Below the pieces are notes generated by a model, which had not been told where the DNA came from, ran no database searches, and was given only the letters and a program-made list of their open reading frames with translations. From Neoconidiobolus thromboides FSU 785 (Eukaryota; Fungi; Entomophthoromycota), in the NCBI GenBank assembly GCA_025603075.1, contig MU626270.1, positions 1 to 64,000 on the forward strand: 64,000 nucleotides of DNA, read 5' to 3'. The translations under genes and the position numbers were made by a program. Positions 54,142-64,000 of this stretch are shown piece by piece; positions within the stretch are counted from its first letter, which is position 1, and every line of letters starts with the position of its first letter.

Positions 54142-54433
54142 GTACATTAAAATAATTAATTTTAGTTGTTTATATTTAATAAACATTACAGTTTAAAATT
54201 TCATTATTAAATTATTTAGCATTCCCCTATATTAAAAATAGTGTTATAACTTGTATCATAAAATCTAAAATACTTTAACATATCAATTTAGATTTAAGCA
54301 ATACCATTCAATTATTGATATCAATTTGACTAAATAAATAACTCAGCTAATTCTGTTTCTATTATATTTTAATATAAAAAAGTATAAATAAAAAAACATT
54401 ATTTTCATAAATAACCTTATTTTTTTACTATAT

Positions 54434-54530
54434 GGGAATGTATTTTTGTTTAAGAATTTTACTAACAAATTTTCCGCTCAAATAGTGCTTAAAAAATGGA
54501 AAAAGTAATGAAGTCAAAAAAAACACCCCC
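54434..54530 (+). mobile_element. MITE family A copy 18
   Basis: Full copy; flanks ATAT/GTAT; between convergent 3' ends. Confidence 0.85.
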
Positions 54531-54625
54531 GTATACACTTTTAGTTTTAATTAATACATCAATAAAAATATACAACATAATTCATAAACATAATACAAAA
54601 CGTTCTATTTTTATTAACCTTTTCT

Positions 54626-56562
54626 TCAATCTTCTATTATTTCTGCTTCCTTTGACAATTCTTCCAATGCAATAAGGTACCAATCATCAAACGTTTCTTT
54701 TTCTAGTTTAGTTTTATGAAGCATATTAGCTAGACCACGAATTGGATTGACCCTAATTAAAAAATTAACACTCATTCCTATAAAAATATTCTATAATAAC
54801 ACTTACTTAGCCATAGACTGTAACCATATAATATAATCATCCAATATAATTTTTGAATAAATATAATAAATTTCATGGTGATCAAAAGTATGTTTAATCT
54901 CTAATAATACTTTTAATAAAGCTCTTTTACCAAGTTTAAAGATATAATAACAATCATTCACTATCTTTTCACTTAATTCAAAATTACGATACAATGGGTA
55001 AGCTAATGAACGACGCCTATTACTTATTAATACTTCTTCTAATTGTTCAAATTTCTATAAAAAAATTAATTATTATAAACAATGTAATATATAATTTAAT
55101 TTACCTCAAGACAAGATATTGTAGCAGCTAATTTACCAATACACCAAGCTGATTCAACATTAGAATCGCCTTCATTGATTCTTAAATCATAACAATAAGC
55201 TAAAATTAAATCCGTTAGTCCTAAATAAATACATCTTTCTTCATTATTCTCAATAATAAATTCTCTATTTGGTAAATTTAATAAAATTTCTTTTTCTTTT
55301 TCCGTTAATTTCAAATGCTTATTTTGATTAGCTATATCATCGAGTTTTGGATTAATCATTTCAATTTTAGGTTTAATTGATAATGTTTCCATAACATCGC
55401 TTAACTCATTTGTACTGCTTGGTATTTCTTGAATTTTACTTTGAATTGGTACGTCATTATCTTTAACCACTGATGTGTGATCTATTTCTTCTATTAAAAG
55501 TAATGAATTATCATTTTTCTTTTGTTCTTTTTGTTCTTTTTCTTGAATATTAACATTATCTTTATTTTGTCCTTTATTAATCAAATTGTATTCTCTTTGT
55601 ACTTCTTTAAATATTTTCTCCCATTTAGTTTTATATTTCAATATAGATTGAAAATAAGGTTCGTTTTGATTAAGATAATCATTTCTAGTGATAAAAATGA
55701 ATAAAATTAAGCAATTAAAAATATATTTCATACTTACATATAATGATCATCATCAAATTGAGTATCTTCATTTTCAATTCGAGTCATTCTTCTTTCTTCA
55801 AAAGTACTAGCTTCTGGATCTAAAATTTCATTAACATCGTTACCACCTTCTTTAACATGGAGCAAATAACCCGTATATTTTTGATTAAACCCATATCCAT
55901 CTTTTGTAATTAAAGATGTTGTCTTTAAAGAAAATGATATAAATAAATTATTTTAAAAAAAACTCTATTACCTTTTCTTCCACCTTTTGTGGTATCTCCC
56001 AATCAATATCTTCAACTAATAGAATTAAAAATACCAAATAAATAAATTCTACTTCATTATATAATACTCACCATCTAATCTTTCACTAGGAGGTACCTCA
56101 TGGTTTGTTGAGTTAATCACTTCAATCAATGGAGTTTTGTTTTTGTTCAATTCCATTTTAGTAGCCAATAATTTTGATACTAAATCCAAGTCCTCAAATT
56201 CTTCACCAACATTTAATTTAGCTACTTTGATAATAAAATCTCCTTTCTCAATATCATATTTAGCTATTGATCGCTCATCTTCAATTACTTCCCCTGGTAA
56301 ATTTAGTCTATAAAAAGTAGAAATGTTAGTAATGAGAGAGGGATAATATATTATTTAACTGTTTGCCTTAAGAAATAGGGTGCTATATGAAAACGAAACT
56401 CTTTTCCATCAACGTAGAAATCGACGTTTTGAGCCTAAAAGTTTAGATTTGTTATGTTCATTCTTAAAATAAAAATAGAGTACTTACTTTAACATAAGGA
56501 GCATGGATTACAATGTGTAAATAATTATTGTCTTGGGTAATTTTAAATTTAGGCGTTATCAT
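54626..56562 (-). CDS. SHQ1: H/ACA snoRNP assembly factor SHQ1, multi-exon
   Basis: MITPKFKITQD N-terminus, FHIAPYFLRLNLPGEVIED, YGFNQKYTG, AYCYDLRINEGDSNVESAWCIGKL, RRSLAYPLYRNF. Confidence 0.93.
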
Positions 56563-56955
56563 TGCTATTATGTATTAATAGTGCTTTTTTTTTATATTGG
56601 TAATTGAAAATGATTTAATAATATTCAAAAAAAAAGAATAAATAAATTGATTTGAAAAAAGTTAATTTTGAATTTTGATTAAAATTTTATTTTAAAAATG
56701 GAAAATGGGCTGTTTATTCTTGAAAGAGAGGATTATAAAATTTTAACAATTCCGTCAATTTATAATAATCTATTTTAAATACATTTAGTAGTTGTACAAT
56801 AGTTTATTTTAAAATAATACTATGTGTTAAAAACATCGAAAATACAAATAACTGCTTTTTAACTTAATATAACATTATAGCTTTAATATTAAATTTTATT
56901 TATTAATCCAAAAATAGCACTTGTTTAAAAAAATCATAAATTTATTTCATCCTTA

Positions 56956-59594
56956 CTATTCTAAAGTATTTTGGATAGTAGGCTCATCTATGCTAGACTC
57001 TTCTTCTTTTTCTGGGATGATATCCTCTTCTACATTTACTTCTTCATTACTTTCAGTTGATTTTTCATCAGCTTTAGTATCTTCTTTTTTGGCATAATGA
57101 AGATCCCAAGAAGAAAGCCATTTACGTTGAATTACTTCATTACCATTCTTTAATCCAAATCCATAAGTAATAGGAGCAAAATAATAGAAACAAGCAATTT
57201 GTAACACAATAACAACAAAACTAACAATATATGCCACAGTGGAAGTTGTAACTGGTTTTGTTTGTTTAAATTGGGGAATGGTTGGTAAAGTGATTTCTTC
57301 GGCTAACTCACCTTCTTTTAAAGCAACAGTAGTATTCTTTGAAATGACTTCAACCTCATGAGTGTTATCTGGATAATCTGGTACAACTGGATCTACTTTA
57401 GAATAAAAGCCATATTGAATAGCAGCACCAACTAAGCAATATTTAAAGATTAAAGCAGGTAAATAATGATGTAAAAATAATTGACGACCCATTGGGAAAA
57501 AGGGGAAGTAATGTAAACCCCAAGCCATTAATAAAAAGAAACCTGAATTATAAATACGATTATGGAAACCTAAATAAAATTGATTAAAACATATTATAAG
57601 AATAAATAAATAGAACTAAAATTACCTAAATCACTTGTGGTATAACCACGACGTAATAAAAACTGGTCCGAAATAAAATAAGCAACAAATAATAAAATGA
57701 CTAAAGATCCTAAAAAGTAACCAAATGGATTACCAAGTAAATAAATTTGTTCTTTTTTTCCAAAAGTATCACGTGTCCAATAAGAACAGCCACGATGAGT
57801 AATTGGCCATTGCCATGGGCGAGTAGCATAAGGATGAGAAGCAGAAATTTGATTATTTTTAACTAACATTTCACGGTGCAATTCAATAAATTTTAAGAAA
57901 AAGTTACGATGTTTTGGTTCCTTATGTTGAATTTCAGTATCATTTTTACCAATAATTTCATTTACGAACCAATTATTAGTATCATCTTGTAAATTTTTAT
58001 TTCCATTCACTTCGTTATGTTTATAACCCCATTCAGGTAATTTAACTGGATGACTCCAAATTGCTACAGAAGTTTCTTGATGTAATATTTTGGTATATTG
58101 AGATCTAGATTTCCATACCTGTCCTTCATCTTCAGAATCTACGGATATTTTAAAATATGTGAACTTCATCTTTTCAGTTGAATTATTAGCAATATCAATG
58201 TCAACAGTAGTAACTTCTTCATTAGTTGGCATAGTTGGTGATGCAACATCATGAGTCATTAGTAAAGAATTAGTATTAACATGTTCAAATCGAACAATAT
58301 CTCCATTTTTAACAAAGTCTTGTTCTTCTAAACCATCATCTAAATCTTCTTTAGGAAGTACACGCCAATGATTATTGGAATCTGAATGTGGGTATCCAGT
58401 GACCTGTTGACCTTGAGAAGAAACACGTCCATCTTTATACCTAAGAGGATAACGATCGGTATGAGAATGTAAAAAGTTTTTAGTTGATTTGTGTTTAATT
58501 GTAATAACATCACCATAGCGAATTTCAAAACTGTTTAAATGAATTTCATTACCTTTTAAAGTAGATTGAAATTCTGGACTCATATAAGCATCACCAGTAC
58601 CAGAATTAGATAGGACTTTAAAATGAATCCAAAAGATAGATAAATATACTATGATTGGTACAAAAATAAGACCAACAGCTCTTGCTGCAAAATGTTTACC
58701 TACATATTTCATTGAATATCCTCTCTTAATATCTAACATTTTCCATAAATCAACAATGACACAGATACCAACAGTTAATATAACAAATAAACCAACCATC
58801 TTAACACCTAATGTTAAAGCAAGAGAAATACCAGTAGCAATTAACCAAAACCACCAACCATTTGTAAATTCACCATATTTAAATTTGTAAAATCGAATAT
58901 AACAGTAAATTGATAATGTAGCAAAAAATATAAGTTGAGAATCTAGTAAAATAAGTCTAGATTGAGTCACTAAAGAACCATCAAATAATACTAGAATTGT
59001 AGAAACAACAGAAGGTAAAATAGAATACCCAGATTCACGCATACACATGTAAACTAAAGGTACATTTAAAGCACCAAAAATAGCCGAAGTTGCACGTAAA
59101 CCAACATAAGGTACATTATAATCTGCATATACTAAACCGATTTTTTCAAATAGAAAAGAACCATCAAAGCCAATAAAATAACCTCCTAAGGCTAATACCA
59201 TCTTTGCCAATGGTGGATGCACATCAAAGAAAAATTCTCTACGTAAATAATAACTGGCAAACTTACCAAAATGGACTTCATCAAACACTACTTCCCCAGG
59301 AAATGATAAATCATAAAAACGAGTAACAAAACCTAAAAAGATAAACAATAATAACCAGTAATGAGAATACATTTCGTATGAGGTCCAGCTGCGTTTTATC
59401 TATAAGGTTTTTAATGTTAATAAAGATAATAGTTAGTAGCTGTAATGAACTATTACCTCTTGAGTTGGTTTATTTCTATCAGAAATAGTGGAGGTTGATT
59501 TTAAATCCTTAGTATCATTATTCACTTGGCCACCTCCAACTGGGCGACTCCTTAAATTTTTTTGACCCTCTGATGCAGAGAAGGAGGAACTCAT
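56956..59594 (-). CDS. PMT4: Dolichyl-phosphate-mannose protein O-mannosyltransferase, PMT4 subfamily
   Basis: VVFDEVHFGKFASYYL...FFDVHPPLAK, MIR region YPLRYKDGRVSSQGQQVTGY, MGRQLFLHHYLPA. Confidence 0.93.
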
Positions 59595-60036
59595 CTTGTA
59601 GTTATAGAATTAGTTGTATATTATTATAAGAAAAAGTTTTTTTTTGAATTTTTGAAGTTTAATTTAATATTATTATTGTAGCCAATTAAATCAAAATACA
59701 TAATCAATTAATCGTGGCAGGTTTTTATTTTTTTTAAAAGGAGTTTAAATAAAGGGTCTAAAATTAGATTTCATCATTATGTTTGTTGAATATTATAATA
59801 TCAAAAATAATGTTTGTATTAATTTATTTCTAATATTATCAAAAAGTTATGCTAAGTTGTTTTTGTGTTAAATCAATTTTTATAAAAAAAGTAAAAATAA
59901 AATATTATTCTATTTAAATATAGTAAATAACAACTTATGTTTTAAAGTTTTATTTTATACAAAAGAATAAAAGTCACGTTTAAATAATTAAATAATAATT
60001 CAATAGCATCATTTTAAAATACAAATTATTTGATAA

Positions 60037-60819
60037 TTAAACATATGGATTATCTTCCAAAACCAATTTCAAAATATCTTTATCCACCATATTCTTTAGC
60101 TTGCCTTCCTTATCCCCATCTTTAATCGCTTGTCTAACTTTCGTTGAAGAAACCTCTTCATGGCATTTTTCCAATAGTTCAAAATAAACAATTTTTTCTT
60201 TAAACCTTAATAACAACTTATCCATTTCTTTATCTACAATTTCTTCTCCTCTTTTAGTATAATAGATATTACCATTTAAAAAAAAAGGTTTTAATGTCTC
60301 TACCATACTTTCATAATTATATTCTTTCATGTAATATTTAAAATCAAGCACCCGAATTAAAGTATCATAACCCATAATAAAATGATACTTCATTTCCTTA
60401 TTCCTACTCACTTGACTCAAAACATTTATTTTATCGATAAATTTTCCTGAAGTAGTCAAAGCAATATCACTAAAAATTAACTTATCTTGGTACTGTTTGA
60501 TAAGCTTATCATGCATCAATTTCATATAATGTAGTCTTTGTTCAATACTAGCCCCAGTAAAGTTTATTTTATCCATGTTTTTATTACTTAATAATAAAAG
60601 TAAGCCTACTGAAGTTTGTGTTTTGAGTAAATGATTTAAGCTTACTTGGACTAATTGCTCATGTGCTATCGTTGGTGGGTTATATGAAGAGTCTAAGATT
60701 AATAGGTGCTTACAGGCGGTTAAAGTTTTGGTGTTGGTGTTAAAAAAACTAATGGAATTAGTCTGGTTTAATTGTTCAATTACTTGTTGAATTTGTTTTA
60801 TAATTGAGTTTTTTAGCAT
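60037..60819 (-). CDS. POF1: Cytidylyltransferase/NMNAT-like nucleotidyltransferase (Pof1-like)
   Basis: LILDSSYNPPTIAH, FIMGYDTLIRVLD, EVSSTKVR. Confidence 0.75.
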   Translation of the reverse strand: MLKNSIIKQIQQVIEQLNQTNSISFFNTNTKTLTACKHLLILDSSYNPPTIAHEQLVQVSLNHLLKTQTSVGLLLLLSNKNMDKINFTGASIEQRLHYMKLMHDKLIKQYQDKLIFSDIALTTSGKFIDKINVLSQVSRNKEMKYHFIMGYDTLIRVLDFKYYMKEYNYESMVETLKPFFLNGNIYYTKRGEEIVDKEMDKLLLRFKEKIVYFELLEKCHEEVSSTKVRQAIKDGDKEGKLKNMVDKDILKLVLEDNPYV

Positions 60820-60995
60820 TAATGATTATAGTAAACGAAAAGAGTTGCTTAGTTTTATTTTTTAAAGTTTTTTGATTGGATCAACTTTTTAATTGAGAAT
60901 AATAATCAAAAACTCAAACCAAATTTTGGCTATTTTTTCATTCCCATAAACTTCAGTTCAATTTACTTTGAAGCGAAACTCAAAAAAATAAAAGA

Positions 60996-61671
60996 ATGGC
61001 AGCCCAAGCTAAAATCAGTTTACAAAACAGTGTATTTTTATTCCGTCATATTACAAATGGTCAAGTAGTACCTTCTAGATCCAATGTATTAAAGGTAATA
61101 TAAAGCTATGATAACTCAATAAATTACTCCTACTTTAATATAGTTAGATAATGTCTGGAACCATTTAAAAGAACCTGTCCATAAATTACGTAAAGACCAT
61201 TGGAAGCCAATCGCTGTAGTCTCTGGTTTTGAAGATCTGAGAACAGCGGATATAGTATGGCATTCACTAACTACTTATCCTAACCCAATCCGTGATGAAA
61301 AGTGGATCACTTTACCAAAACGTTTACGTCGAGTCCAAGAGTTAGATCAAGCAGAACATAAACTTTCAGCATTATGTCGTATATTAACTGAGTTACCAGA
61401 ACATTCAAAGGATAATAGAGTATTTCCAGAAGGTCTTAAAGGAGATTTAAATTTAACTATTTTATGGGAAACTGAACATTTTAAAAATTTACCACAAAAA
61501 CAAGGATTGAGTTGGCCAGAATTTATTAATCATCAAAAATTAAATCTTATTAGAGGTAGAAATTTAGCAAACCAAGAACTTAATACTACTCATTCTGGTG
61601 TGGAAAAATTGATCAAATTACAAGATATGCATAAACAAAGGATTGAAAGTAAGAAGGAATTAACTCAATAA
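60996..61671 (+). CDS. MHR1: Mitochondrial Mhr1 / ribosomal protein mL67, one intron
   Basis: VFLFRHITNGQVV|...LRKDHWKPIAVV...WITLPKRLRRVQELDQAEHKLSALC...LTILWE. Confidence 0.8.
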
Positions 61672-61876
61672 TAGATAAAATACCCATTATATTATTAATG
61701 AAAATAAAATTAGATAGTTCATTTACTAATTATTGATATTATGTTATTGATTTTTAATACTATTATATCTATTGAAAATTAAATGATCATATGAAATAAT
61801 GAATATATAAACATTAAATTCAAATTTAGGTTTTTAACCTTTTTAACAGTTCAATTTATTTTAACAGCTTTAAGGA

Positions 61877-62532
61877 ATGCTAATATTGCCTAAACTTAGT
61901 TTACAATGTGGTTTAGTTATACAACATCATACTACAAATGGACAAGTGGTACTATATGTATCTAGGGTATTACAGATAAATTCGGAAGAAATCACTTTAA
62001 TTGAAGAAAATGAGTTTTCTAATAAAGTTGGACAATGCCCAAACTCATTTAAAACAACTTGTTCGCAAATTATGTTAGATCATTGGAAACCCATTGCAGT
62101 AATGTGTGGCTTTGATCATTATAAAATGAGAGATATTGTATGGTATTCTTTATTCACCTATTTGAACTCGATTTGTGATAAGAGTTAGTTAACGTTACCA
62201 AGACATTTATGTAAAGTAAAAGAGATAGATCAAACAGAACATGAACTGTTTTCATTATGGCGTATATTAACTAGCTTACCAAATTACCAAAATGACGAAA
62301 GAGCATTCTCACAAGGTCTTAAGGTGGATTAAACTTAATCATTGCTTGGGAAATAAAATGCTATAAGAACATACTTTTAAAGCAAGAACTTAACTGGCCT
62401 GAGTTTATTCATCATCAAAAATTGAATTTTATTAGAGGTGGAAATTTGGTTAGTAGAGAACTTACACTACTCATTTTGGGGTTTCTAAATTGTACAGTAT
62501 CTGATAAACACAAAAATAAAATTGAATTTTAA
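61877..62532 (+). pseudogene. Tandem decayed duplicate of MHR1
   Basis: HHTTNGQVV, DHWKPIAVMCGF, DQTEHELFSL, WPEFIHHQKLNFIRG match the upstream gene; internal stops and frameshifts; the 3' flank is also duplicated (TATTAATGAAAATAAA.TTAG at ~61692 and ~62569). Confidence 0.85.
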
Positions 62533-62792
62533 GAGTTTGGAACAAAAGTAGAATATATGTGCGTATATTATTAATGAAAATAAATTAGGTAATTCATTTA
62601 TTTTTATTATTATATTATATTATCATTAATATTATATCTAATAAAAAACAACTATACCTAAATAATTTTATTAGAAGAATGAAATAAAAAGAACTAAATT
62701 ACAAAGCTATTATTTCAATAACTTTATAACTTAATAAAAGTATAAAAATTTAAAAAAACTTTTTCTATTTATAAATTGAAAAAACCATGATT

Positions 62793-64000
62793 TTAACTAT
62801 TAACATTCCAAAATCTAAGATAACCATTTTTAGTCCCACCAATTAATAAATTGTCTCTAGTTAAATGTAAACCCCATGAAGTAGATTGTAACCCAGATAA
62901 TTGTTTCTTTTGAAAGGTAGTTCTTTGATAAACCTAAAATATGAAAAGTAAAAAAGTCTATAAAACCTTATTTTTAAAAAAAAGCTTACCTCCACCTCTT
63001 CTTTATCACAACTTGTGAATATATTTTTAGAATTAAATTGTAAATCTAGAACAATATCTTCATATTTAATACTTTCCAATTGTTTGCCTGTTCTTAAATC
63101 AAATATCTTCACTGTGTGATCCAAGGAGCCAGAGATCAAATGGAAAGTATCAAAATTTAATGAAGTAATATTATTTTGATGACCTGCCAATGATCGATGA
63201 CATTGCCCTGTTCTTAAATCCCACATACGAATGATACCATCATTTGTGCCTGATGCTAAAGCACGAGAATAAAATTTAATTGTACCAACGATACTATTTA
63301 ATATATTATAATTATTTCCTTTTGATTCTAATACACTTATTATTTTGTTTTGTTTTTGATTGATTGAGTTTAAATTCATTTGCCAAGTACAATCAAATGT
63401 ACTAATTAATTTACCATTTTCTAAATCCCATTGTTTAATTGTACCATCATTAGATCCAGATAATGCATAATTACAATCCATATCTAAACATTTGATATAA
63501 CTTTTATGACCTTTTAAAGTAAATGAAGGTAATGCTTGTGCTGGAGGTAATGAAAAAGAAGGTGGTGCTGAATAGATAGATAATTCAGATTCTGGTTTTA
63601 AACTATTTGGACTTAAACTGGGTAATAAATTAGGCGACAATAATGGTTTTTCAATTATTTCTTCTTCTTCTTCTTTATTGCAAATTTGTTCTGTTACTTC
63701 TAATAATGACCTTGTATTGTAGATTCTTAAATTACTATCTTTTCCTCCTCCTATTAAGATTCCGTCGTTGATTTTGATATCATAAACATTTCCTAAAATA
63801 AACATAATATACGTTAATGATATAAAAATAGTATTATTATAATAAAGCTTACCAAATTTTGCCGGTATTTCATATAAATTTTCATAACTATCATAAGCTT
63901 TCATATCCCAAAGTTTAATGTTACCATCAACTTCTGAAGTAGCTAATAATTGAGTTTTTTCATCCGAATGAATCGAATTTACTATAGAATCATGGGCCTT
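62793..64000 (-). CDS. MDV1: WD40 mitochondrial fission adaptor Mdv1/Caf4-like, 3' part only (5' end lies beyond window)
   Basis: ALASGTNDGIIRMWDLRTGQCHRSLAGH...LISGSLDHTVKIFDLRTG; last exon VYQRTT...YLRFWNVNS*. Confidence 0.75.

Overview
Very AT-rich eukaryotic (fungal) DNA with short GT-AG introns and CTAAC/CTAAT branch sites. The gene set and intron style suggest an early-diverging fungus, possibly Entomophthorales-like (inference only). The first ~19 kb is gene-poor and repeat-rich: decayed Ty3/gypsy pol fragments, a 7TM GPCR-like gene, SMC3 and many copies of a ~100 bp MITE. The rest is mostly compact housekeeping genes: Zn2Cys6 TF, PAP2 phosphatase, molybdate transporter, MCT-type MFS, NHP6, TMEM254-like, LRR protein, PacC-like zinc finger, UTP21, VPS33, NDUFAF5, DUF4602/Faf1-like, HGSNAT-like, SHQ1, PMT4, POF1-like, MHR1 plus a tandem pseudogene, and an MDV1/CAF4-like gene cut by the window end. 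Main highlights: (1) an intronless MLKL-like protein (helical N-terminal domain + pseudokinase with HKN/GFE motifs + Sel1 repeats); (2) a small signal-peptide/KR-processed amphipathic peptide gene and a 12-Cys secreted protein; (3) 18 copies of a ~100 bp TIR element with 4-bp AWWT flanks and GRG...CYC termini, including tandem, recombinant and mini derivatives; (4) a second ~320 bp TIR element carrying degenerate TTAGGG repeats. Coordinates of spliced genes were read by eye and may be off by a few bases.
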